In this document: one piece after another, positions 31,647 to 40,428 of the stretch | Layout: every line of letters starts with the position of its first letter | Numbering within the stretch: position 1 is the first letter of the stretch | Source of the DNA: Nitrosopumilus sp. | Lineage (GTDB): Archaea > Thermoproteota > Nitrososphaeria > Nitrososphaerales > Nitrosopumilaceae | DNA: 64,000 bases | Reading direction: 5' to 3' | Assembly (NCBI GenBank): GCA_965218695.1 | Contig: OZ244651.1 | Coordinates: 864,001 to 928,000 of the forward strand | The notes under the pieces: model-generated | Databases searched by the model: none | Seen by the model: the letters and a program-made list of their open reading frames with translations, nothing else | What the model was told of the DNA's origin: nothing | Program-made: the position numbers and the translations under genes

Positions 31647-31844
31647 CCATAATTATTACTGCTGCTCCCATCCCCTTGGATGGTTCAAGGCACGTGTTTT
31701 GGCCGCCCACCAGCCACAAACTATGCCGCAAGCAGTCAACCAAACGCTGCTCCCGTATCTCTAAAATTTATAATAATTATGTGGCATGGGGCGTAATGAA
31801 TTGCATGGTTTCAGTGGTAAAAAAAGGGAAGAATGAAACGATCC

Positions 31845-34096
31845 GTAAGAGGTCGCCTTTGCGAAGCGATTCCGTGCCTGTTCTGTCCCGATTAATTACC
31901 AACTGAGCTACGTTTTTGACCATAAATACCCGATTAATTGCACGTTATCAATACGGTCCGCAGGCAGGCAGAGCGGTTTTCGGATCAAGGCTCTTCCGGT
32001 TGGATCTTTTGCGCCGCATTTTCCGGCAGGCGCTGCGTGCCCAAAAGCTTTATGGATCATGCCTTCCCGTGTTATGGCATGGTGCCTGTAATCGACTTGG
32101 AAAAGATTGACTGGAACTCCGTAACCGACACAAAGTCCCTCTTCGAATCAGTCCTTGCCATGCTCAAATCCAAGGACGAGGAGAGCATAGCGCTGAGGAA
32201 AAACATCGAGCAGTTGAAGGGGGAGGCAGAGGCCTTCTCAGGGGAACATGCGATGCTGACGGAGATGGATGCCAGGATCAAACTGCTGGAAGAAGAGAAT
32301 GTGCAAAAGGACTCCGAGATAGAACAAAAGGACTCCGAGATAGAAAATCTGGGAGGGGATGTGGAGAATTTGAAGGCAGAGGTAGAGAAGCTGAGGGCAG
32401 AAAACGCCGCCCTCCTGCAGGGATGCGACGTCTCGCAGGCAGTCATGGACAGGATAGCCCGCCTGGAGAGGCAGGCAACAGAGCAGGCCTCGCAGCTAAA
32501 GGAGGCGCGCGCGGCCAACTCGGCGCTGGCAGCCGAGAATCTGGGCATCAAAAGCCGCCGCTCCAAGAAGCGGCTCCGGGAGTCATCCGGGCCTGCGCCG
32601 GACCCGTTCAGGAAAGTCGTCTGCCTGCGCACCGGCAGGAATCCTCCCCCGATATCCGAAAAAAAGCTAGTCGACATGCCCGCCTGCCCGCACGGCCACG
32701 CCCTCTCGACGGAGCCCACCGAGGTAACCTTCCGGGTAGTCGAGGAGATTATCGACGGGAAGCTGACCGGCATCCAGTATACCGTCGTCCGCAGGTACTG
32801 CGGGGAATGCGGCAGGCAGTTTGTCCCCGAGATCCCCGGGGTCGTCCCAGGGGGGCGGTTCGGTGCCAGCATGACGTGCCTGGAGACTACCATGAGGATG
32901 TACGACATCCCCTACGGAATCATCTGCAGTCTGATCAACATAATCCACCACGCAGGCCTTGCCAAGTCGACTGTCATCGGCCACGTGGATGCCGTTACGG
33001 GATCCCTCCACCCGCTCTACGAGGAGATGCTTGAGGAGATATTCTTCTCAGGGCATGTCTTCGGGGACGAGACCAGCTGGAGGGTAGCCGGGATGCTGTA
33101 CTGGCTGTGGGTGCTGGTAGGCGACGACTCGACTGTCTTTCACGTGGACAGGAGCCGGGGAGGCGACGTGCTGGAGACCCTGTTTGGAGGGTACGCAGGC
33201 CACGTCACCTCTGATTCACACGCTGCGTGGAACCGCATCGGCAGGACCCACCAAAAGTGCCACTACCACTACCTCCGCGAGATCATCCGCACCCTGACCA
33301 TGAAAAACCCGGGGCCAGAATTCAAAAAGTTTGCCAAGGCCCTAAAGGGGATAATCATCGATTCCTGGCACGCAGAGAAGGGACTCAACCCGAACGATGA
33401 TGCGGCCGCGCGAAACCTCAAGGTGCGCAACCTATTGGCCAGGGTGAGGCGCCTGATGTCTGGCAGCTACACCGAACCCCACTGCAAGCGGTTTGTCAAG
33501 CGGCTGCGGCGCGAGATCACCCACCTGTTCCCATTCATCCGCCTCAACACAAAGTGCCATAACAACGATGCCGAGCGCCCCCTGCGGCCCAGCGTCGCAT
33601 CCCGGAAGGTCTCAGGCGGCAGCAAGAGCCTTGCCGGCGCATACAACCACGCCGTCCTGGCCAGCATCCGCGAGACGTGCAGGATGCGCGGCGTCAACCC
33701 GCACGACTTTTTGGTCGACTACATGCGAGGCATGGTCGAAAAAATACCGGCAGCAGCAGCAGCAACGGTATAAATCCTGCAAAATCCATCCATGGCTGCC
33801 CTGCATGTCCTGCGCGACCCCCACAGCACCGGTTGCCTGACACATGTCAGGCCGCCGTGCCGGCCCGCCACCCGATTCGGGCACAACGCACCGCCCCGGA
33901 CAGCGCCAAAAAAGGCCACTTCGCAAGCCCGATCACCGGATCGGCCAAAATACAGCTCAGCCGAGCCTCATCCCCGCCCGGAAAAAACCCTGAATAATGC
34001 CAATTAAATGGGCATTTATGGCCGAAAACGTAGCTCAGTTGGTAATTAATCGGGGCAGATCAGGCACGAAATCGCTTCGCAAAGGCGACCTCTTAC
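31845..34096 (+). mobile_element. IS66-family element with very long TIRs, copy A (no TSD)
   Basis: GTAAGAGGTCGCC... inverted repeats matching over about 96 bp; flanks AACGATCC / GTCGCATG do not match. Confidence 0.9.
32079..33773 (+). CDS. IS66-family transposase with long N-terminal coiled coil
   Basis: CPHG...CGECG, GDETSW, HQKCHYH, NNDAERPLR, RKVSGG; start uncertain. Confidence 0.92.
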   Translation: MVPVIDLEKIDWNSVTDTKSLFESVLAMLKSKDEESIALRKNIEQLKGEAEAFSGEHAMLTEMDARIKLLEEENVQKDSEIEQKDSEIENLGGDVENLKAEVEKLRAENAALLQGCDVSQAVMDRIARLERQATEQASQLKEARAANSALAAENLGIKSRRSKKRLRESSGPAPDPFRKVVCLRTGRNPPPISEKKLVDMPACPHGHALSTEPTEVTFRVVEEIIDGKLTGIQYTVVRRYCGECGRQFVPEIPGVVPGGRFGASMTCLETTMRMYDIPYGIICSLINIIHHAGLAKSTVIGHVDAVTGSLHPLYEEMLEEIFFSGHVFGDETSWRVAGMLYWLWVLVGDDSTVFHVDRSRGGDVLETLFGGYAGHVTSDSHAAWNRIGRTHQKCHYHYLREIIRTLTMKNPGPEFKKFAKALKGIIIDSWHAEKGLNPNDDAAARNLKVRNLLARVRRLMSGSYTEPHCKRFVKRLRREITHLFPFIRLNTKCHNNDAERPLRPSVASRKVSGGSKSLAGAYNHAVLASIRETCRMRGVNPHDFLVDYMRGMVEKIPAAAAATV

Positions 34097-34103
34097 GTCG
34101 CAT

Positions 34104-35018
34104 GTGGCATATGTCTTCTTTCCGCTCCACGGGCTGTCGGGCGACTTTGATGACATCCGATTCTCTGACGATGTCTCAGTCTCACGCCTTGGCTCAAATC
34201 AATATGCAATGGTAACTGACATGGATACGGATCACGGTTATGTCCGAAAACCCGAGAAGAGGTTTCGCAAACTGCGGTACGGCGTCTTCATAAGACGAAC
34301 GCTAGAGAACGGTAGGGCCGTGTCATCGGAGAGGATGAAGGAGAAAGCGCAGAGAGTTTTGGATTCCTTCCGACTCTTCAAATCCGGCCTGATTTATACT
34401 GGTGCCATGTATTCGTACTCGCCTGATTCTTGGCCTAGGAAGAACCTGTTTACTTCAAGAGTAGGAGTAGAGAATCCACCCGAGATGGAGTCCGAGATGT
34501 TTGTCTCGGGGATCGAGATCGATCGGATTAAATGCTTCTTCACAAGGTTTACCCGATTGGAACACATTGAGCAGCAGCATTACCTGACTACATCCATCCG
34601 CAGATTCAACACATCCTATAACAACAAGCACATTGGAGACAAGATTGCTGATCTGTGTATCTCCTTGGAAACCCTTCTGAACGATTCCCCGGGAGAGATT
34701 ACTCTGAAATTATCCCTGCGTGTCGCACTGCTTTTAGGCGATACCGAAGATAACAGGGAATACCTGTGGCGATTCATAAAGAAATGCTACAACGTCCGCA
34801 GCGAGATAGTCCACGGCAAAAAGCGGAGAAGGATCACTGTCATGGGTAATACCATGACTGATCATCAGACCGCGCAGAGGCTTGAGAATGTTACTAGGCA
34901 GGCAATCACTAAGGTCGTGCTGCTGCAAGGGGGGATATCCGGCCAGAAGAATTTGCTGGATTCTCTGGACTGTTCGATTGTTAACAGGAAAAAACTGTTG
35001 GAATCAGAGAAACTATGA
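34104..35018 (+). CDS. HEPN-domain protein (ApeA-like), putative antiviral RNase
   Basis: DLCISLETLL, LSLRVALLLG and YNVRSEIVHG (RxxxxH) motifs. Confidence 0.8.
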   Translation: MAYVFFPLHGLSGDFDDIRFSDDVSVSRLGSNQYAMVTDMDTDHGYVRKPEKRFRKLRYGVFIRRTLENGRAVSSERMKEKAQRVLDSFRLFKSGLIYTGAMYSYSPDSWPRKNLFTSRVGVENPPEMESEMFVSGIEIDRIKCFFTRFTRLEHIEQQHYLTTSIRRFNTSYNNKHIGDKIADLCISLETLLNDSPGEITLKLSLRVALLLGDTEDNREYLWRFIKKCYNVRSEIVHGKKRRRITVMGNTMTDHQTAQRLENVTRQAITKVVLLQGGISGQKNLLDSLDCSIVNRKKLLESEKL

Positions 35019-35022
35019 TCTA

Positions 35023-35196
35023 TAGCGACACGCCAAAGTTCGTTCCAAGAAAATTACACCAAGCCGAAAACTTTGTAGATCACCTCATCCTTTGACACAA
35101 CATGGATGAAACAGAGCGGGAAGAACTCAAAAAGGCATACAGGAAGGAGAAAGATCCTAGGGTGGCTGCAAGAATGCTCGCGGCGCACGTGGTCTA
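35023..35196 (+). mobile_element. Left end and first codons of an IS630-family element (remnant)
   Basis: TA plus TIR TAGCGACACGCCAAAGTTCGT; ORF from 35102 (MDETEREELKKAYRKEKDPRVAARML) resembles the N-terminus of 21822-22829 and is cut by the next IS. Confidence 0.8.
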
Positions 35197-35198
35197 TA

Positions 35199-36552
35199 GA
35201 GATTATGCGTAGTAGAGGCCAAAATGTTTCGCTAATTTACCATCTGAATTTTTAGATGCCCACGTCCATTAGCCGAAAGATTTTGATCCGGGCACACATC
35301 CCGCGCCCGCATGACACCTTCACGCGCGCCGGTTCGCAATGAAGCAAGGCTCCCAAAGGGAAGCAGGTTTCTTCCCGGCACAAGCAGGAGGGTTCTTTGC
35401 TGCATGATCAAAAGGTCTTCCCCCGGCAAGGCCAGGGACATCCTGGTCGCCTGCTGCAAGCGCAAGGGGGGCAATGGAATATGGTCCATCGCACGCGAAC
35501 TGATGAGGCCGTACTCCACCATTCGCGGCTGGCTCGTCCGGATGGTGTGGCGCGGCCTGGGCGGAAGGTTTGACCGGAAGTCGACCGGAAGGAAGAAGAT
35601 CCTGAATCCGCAGACGCTCAAGAAGATAATGGGGTGGACGCGCAGGGATCCCTCGAGGTACGGGTTCGGGCCGGCATCGTGGCGTCTGGACATGGTAAAC
35701 GAGATGATCAGGAGGGAGACCGACAGGCACGCCAGGCCCCGCACGCTGCGGAGGATCCTGCGCCGCCTCGGCCTTTCGTACTCCAAGCCTAGGCCGGCGC
35801 CGCGCAAGACCGCCCCTGCAGAGGAGCAGGACATGTTCAAGGAAATGGTGAAAATGACGATCCTGGGCGTGTCCGGGCACGGGTACGCGGTGCTGGCAGT
35901 AGACGAGGCAGGCGTCATGCGCGGGACATCGCTAGGATACGGGTGGCGCCAGGCCAAGAGCCGCGACGAGGTACGCACCGGGTTCTCCACCAAGGCAGTC
36001 AGGCTGTTCTGGGCGCTTGGACGAGACAGGGTCCACGTAAAGACCGTGGGGCGCACGAACTCCGAGACGTTCGTGGAATTTCTCAAGGAGTTGCGCCAAG
36101 AATACGGTCGGCTAGTCATACTCTTGGACAACGCGTCATACCACAGGTACAGGGTGGTAAATGAGTTCGTCAAGTCCACCTGCGGGGAGATCAAGCTGGC
36201 CTACCTCCCGCCATACACCCCGCAACTCAACCCAATCGAGATCCAGTGGAGGGTACTCAAGGAAATGCTTGCGGGAAAGTACTTCGAATCGACAGATGAC
36301 CTTGTCGGCGCAATAGCAGACCTGATCGATTCGGGCCAGATGAGGCCAGTCAGACTGATGAAATACCTCACTCACTGAACGACGAACCAAACCCCCACAG
36401 CAACACGCGCCCGTGACTCCAAACCGCATCATGCCAGCCTCACGGGCGGCATGCCCGCATGCCATAATTACGAATTCTTACCGTGCTTGATTTTTGGAAT
36501 GTTTCTCTTGGAAAATAAGCGGATCTTTATGGCCTTGACTACGCATAATCTC
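35199..36552 (+). mobile_element. IS630-family insertion sequence
   Basis: TIR GAGATTATGCGTAGT..AGGCCA / TGGCCT..ACTACGCATAATCTC with TA on both flanks. Confidence 0.9.
35311..36378 (+). CDS. IS630-family transposase
   Basis: VDEAG, LDNASYH, LPPYTPQLNPIEIQW motifs. Confidence 0.92.
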   Translation: MTPSRAPVRNEARLPKGSRFLPGTSRRVLCCMIKRSSPGKARDILVACCKRKGGNGIWSIARELMRPYSTIRGWLVRMVWRGLGGRFDRKSTGRKKILNPQTLKKIMGWTRRDPSRYGFGPASWRLDMVNEMIRRETDRHARPRTLRRILRRLGLSYSKPRPAPRKTAPAEEQDMFKEMVKMTILGVSGHGYAVLAVDEAGVMRGTSLGYGWRQAKSRDEVRTGFSTKAVRLFWALGRDRVHVKTVGRTNSETFVEFLKELRQEYGRLVILLDNASYHRYRVVNEFVKSTCGEIKLAYLPPYTPQLNPIEIQWRVLKEMLAGKYFESTDDLVGAIADLIDSGQMRPVRLMKYLTH

Positions 36553-36558
36553 TATTAA

Positions 36559-37308
36559 CTATTCTTCTTCTTTGAGATGTTTTTTGAAAAATTCAATAGC
36601 ATTTAAAATTTTTTCAGGAAAAACTTCTTCTTCTGAAAGTTCAATTTCTTCTTCTTCATAAGGGAAATTAGTCATAGCAATTGAATCAATTCCACGTTTT
36701 ATATACATCCCAGTTTTTGAATCTAATCCATATCCTATTTTTTTATGATATTTATGTTGATATGGTTCTATTTCCAAACTTTGGTGCCATCTCTTTTTTT
36801 CATCATCCCAATCCACATACAAAGCATTTTTTCTTACTTCAAAATCGAATAGAAGTGAAAAATTAACTTCAATGTCCATTTCAGGATGTATCTTTTCCCG
36901 ATCTTCTGCAATTTTCTTGGCTTCACGATGATGATTTTTATATTTAGGTGGAAATTTGTCTCCATCATGAAGAGAGTCAATTGTTCGATAAACTTGACAT
37001 TCTTCAGGTAATTCTAAAAACGCTTCATCAAATTTAGGATTATGAGGTTGTGATCCACGCCCAAAAATTGTTTGCGGTACTTGGAATTTTCCTTCATTTG
37101 ATGCTTGAATACATTTTTTCAAGAGTAATGATTTACCAAATTCCTCTATTGCAATAGTGTACAACGCTACTGCTGTGGATTCGTTTCCATTATTTTTACA
37201 TAAAATTTCTGTATCATTAAGTAATTGATAAACTTTGGAAATACACAAAGTGATTCCTGTTTCTAATTGAGTTTTGGTAAGTAGAAATTTTTTTCCCAAT
37301 TTTAACAT
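36559..37308 (-). CDS. AbiV-family (HEPN) abortive infection protein
   Basis: ALYTIAIEEFGK, HNPK and RKNALYVDW match the AbiV pattern; strongly AT-rich versus its neighbours. Confidence 0.78.
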   Translation of the reverse strand: MLKLGKKFLLTKTQLETGITLCISKVYQLLNDTEILCKNNGNESTAVALYTIAIEEFGKSLLLKKCIQASNEGKFQVPQTIFGRGSQPHNPKFDEAFLELPEECQVYRTIDSLHDGDKFPPKYKNHHREAKKIAEDREKIHPEMDIEVNFSLLFDFEVRKNALYVDWDDEKKRWHQSLEIEPYQHKYHKKIGYGLDSKTGMYIKRGIDSIAMTNFPYEEEEIELSEEEVFPEKILNAIEFFKKHLKEEE

Positions 37309-37661
37309 CTAAGGATTTGGTTGATTTAAGAATTGTGATGCTAATAGTTAGTTTCACAACCTGGGTCTTAACGGCACCTCCTTGATCCAAGCGCGGGCGC
37401 TTGCGACAATCCTACACCGCGGAGTATAATTTCGTGAATAACTGCCAGATTTGATGCAGGCCCGAAGACAGGATTGCCGAATTTCTTCCAAGCCACTTGT
37501 TATTCTTGCCCCAAAATACAGGTTCGTTCAGATCCGTGAAGGGTCGTGGGGCGGCCGTTTACCGTTTCCGGACCTGCGTGCGCACGATCCCCTGCGCGCC
37601 TGCAGGCGCCTGCCTGTGCCTTTCTGTAGAGGTACCCCTCGATGTCAAGTTTTGGCAGGGA

Positions 37662-38608
37662 CTACCTCAGCCACTTGTCGATGCCGCTGCACATGGAGCT
37701 GAACCGGACGTACGGCACGTCCAGGACCGCGTGTTTCATCTGGCGCCACACCTCCTCGATCGCGTTCAGATCCGGGCAGCCGGGCGGCAGAAACTGCAGC
37801 TCCACGCTGTCCAGGCGCCCGATCTCTTCCCTGACGAACTTCGACCTGTGCTGCGGCGCGCCATCTGTGATCATCAGGATCTTCCCGAACCTTTCGCATG
37901 CGGCCTTCAGGAGCTCGACAAACTCCTTTCCGGTAAAGGAGCCGTATCTCTGGAAGAACCCCTCCCCGTCCAGCGTGATCAGGCCGAACACGATGGTCTT
38001 GGAGTGCGATCCCGTGTACGTGTAGACGCCGCGGACCCCCTTGGGCGTGTAGACGCCCTTCCTGAGCCGCGCGTCGGCCACGCATATCGCCTCGTCCTGC
38101 ACGCATACGGTGTAGCCGGCCCTCATCCTCCCCTCTATCAGCGGCCCCAGCCTCTTGCGGAACCACGCGATCTTCTGCCTGCTTGCTCTCTTCACGCGCC
38201 GTCCCATCGGAACCTTCCTGGTGAATCCCCAGCTGCGCAGCAGGAAGCGCGCGTACGGTATCGCATACTCCGTCATGTACTCCATGCCGGAACCGTCGCG
38301 AATGATATCGCGCAGGCCTTCTGCCGTCAGGTAGACTGTCTTTTTTACTTTTTTTTAACGGCCTTCAGGGTCTCGCCTGAGATCCTCGGTGGGCGGCCTG
38401 AGCGGGTGCGGGTCTGCAGGCCTGCAATGCCCCCCTTCAGGTACCGGCTGTGCCACTTGACGCCCCATGACGGGGCCATGCCCAGAAGGCGCGCGGCCCT
38501 GGTCACGCTCATTCCGTCCCTTTTCACCATCACGTTCAGCATTATCCTGTCCCGCACCTGAGGATCCTTCTCAGTCTTGCGAATCTTGAGCATCTGCTTG
38601 TATTTCAT
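37662..38608 (-). mobile_element. IS630-family transposase in two frames (-1 frameshift site), apparently with a premature stop near the C-terminus
   Basis: orfA 38345-38608 ends at A8G-TAA; the -1 frame continues to QDEA, DGAPQH, PDLNAIEEVW; a family-like tail (SLPKLDIEGYLYRK) follows the TAG at 37662; element ends not resolved. Confidence 0.82.
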
Positions 38609-38805
38609 GGCCTGTCTGGGCTGTTCTGATCAATGAACTTTTCGCTGCAAGACAAGCCTTGTTCAAACCAGATGGCCGATTCCTGGTTTCCCACTGCTGT
38701 GATCTCGCACTTTTATTCGGCGGTATCGGTCTCGTTAACACAAAAGAACCGCTTTGACCCCTAAGCCTCAGCTAATCTGGCCTTTCCATCGCACTAAGTG
38801 TAATT

Positions 38806-39858
38806 TTATTTGGAAGATGAGAAAGTGGTATAAACATAATCCAATACATGGCAAATATCGTCTATTGTATTTGGGCCAAAGTCAGAATCATACGAGTACA
38901 CACGAGGTTTATGATTGGTCTTAGATTGAGTAATATTTGAGTTTTGTTTTGTTAAGATAACTCTGTTCTTATCAAGACTTAGTGTATCATTATTAGACGT
39001 AGCTGAAATAGAAATAATTACTAGTTTTTCTTTCAGTCTGTCTTGAATTATTTTGTTTAGTTCATAATCCCTATATGAAAAACCAATAACAATCAACACA
39101 TCGATGTCTTTTAATGTATTTTCAAAACGACGCAATAGTGCATTAAATGGTATTCGATTATAGTCTTTTTCACCAAGAGTCGGTGCAATCATAACATCGT
39201 AGTTGGCTCCATGCAGTCCAACATCGCCCAACTTAATTATCTCTCGTTCTTCATCATATTGTTTTTGCCAGCTAACTGAACCATGTAATTTGTTCAAATA
39301 AACCGGATTATTGCTGTGCGGTTCCCATTTATTACGCCAAAAGTACGTAAGGGAATATTCGTTCCCCACAAAACCGTCAATAACTTCCCTACTTTTATAT
39401 TCACAGTATTTTTCAATTACTAAATCGTAATTGGTGGTAATAACTTGAAATTTGTCATTGCCTTGTTTAGTCATAAGCGACTCCAGTTTTTCATAAACTG
39501 TTTCAATATCTATAACTGCGCTTGGTTCAAGCGTAAATGATTCCACAATAACATTACGGATGCTTGATTTTAAAGTAGTTAGACTATCTATTATGGTATC
39601 ATACTTCAGACTATTACCAGATAGGTAATATGTCATTGCGCGCACGATATTATAAATGGGACGGGTTCGAGAATTAATTGTATCGTCCATAATAGTATAC
39701 AAGTTTTCAATATCTGGGGATATTTCATTATTATTTAACAAATGCATAATAAATGCATTAGATCTGTGTTTTGGGATCAATTTTTTTAGAATTTGTTTCG
39801 TTGTTGGTTGGGAAACAAATACCGACGCACCAGCACCAAGAAATAATCCAGTTTTCAC
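38806..39858 (-). CDS. SIR2-like (SIR2_2) domain protein, putative antiviral NADase
   Basis: LFLGAGAS, ITTNYD, KLHGS, IGFSYRD motifs; strongly AT-rich. Confidence 0.88.
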   Translation of the reverse strand: MKTGLFLGAGASVFVSQPTTKQILKKLIPKHRSNAFIMHLLNNNEISPDIENLYTIMDDTINSRTRPIYNIVRAMTYYLSGNSLKYDTIIDSLTTLKSSIRNVIVESFTLEPSAVIDIETVYEKLESLMTKQGNDKFQVITTNYDLVIEKYCEYKSREVIDGFVGNEYSLTYFWRNKWEPHSNNPVYLNKLHGSVSWQKQYDEEREIIKLGDVGLHGANYDVMIAPTLGEKDYNRIPFNALLRRFENTLKDIDVLIVIGFSYRDYELNKIIQDRLKEKLVIISISATSNNDTLSLDKNRVILTKQNSNITQSKTNHKPRVYSYDSDFGPNTIDDICHVLDYVYTTFSSSK

Positions 39859-40428
39859 ATAATCTAAAAAACAAAAAAGCTATTTAAGCTATGTGATAAC
39901 TACAGCTAAGCGAAATGTGCTTTGATCTAGGCAAAATCTGACAAGAATGCAAGCAGATCAATAAGGGTACGGCCCTATGGTTTTTGTTGTCTAGACAAAA
40001 AACCAAGCAGGGCCGCGATCTACTGAACAATCCAAGAATATATCAAGATGTCGCAAGCGGCATGAAAAACATGCTTGCCTGCGCCAACACGTCAAACAGG
40101 TACAATGCGGTATTTGGAACAGACGATCTAAATCACGGCATGCTGAGGGGAGCCACCATGGATTCGTCCGTAGGCGGGTGCGCAAACGCGGTAAAGCGCA
40201 CGCACTGCGACGCTCCCTCCGACAGGTGGCATGCATCGGCAATCAAGGGGATGGAGCAGGGCACGGTTCAGCGCGCATTCGAAGAAATGGTGGCAGTGCA
40301 ACTTGACACATTCAAAAAACTGGGCAAATTCCCAAAAGAAGGACTGGACATCGCAATCGACATGCACCTCATACCGCGTTATGACCGGGCACCCGGAGGG
40401 GAGCTGACCCGTTCCAAATACAAAAACG

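Noticed and set aside
34030-34096. tRNA gene suggested by GTAGCTCAGTTGGTA
   Set aside because: The D-stem does not close (no GAGC), there is no T-arm or acceptor stem, and the sequence is part of an IS66 TIR present four times.
37497-38561. 354-aa plus-strand ORF and similar long antisense ORFs (for example 317-1027, 5621-6403, 35232-36194, 52766-53653)
   Set aside because: These are shadow frames opposite well-supported genes in GC-rich DNA, with no recognisable motifs.
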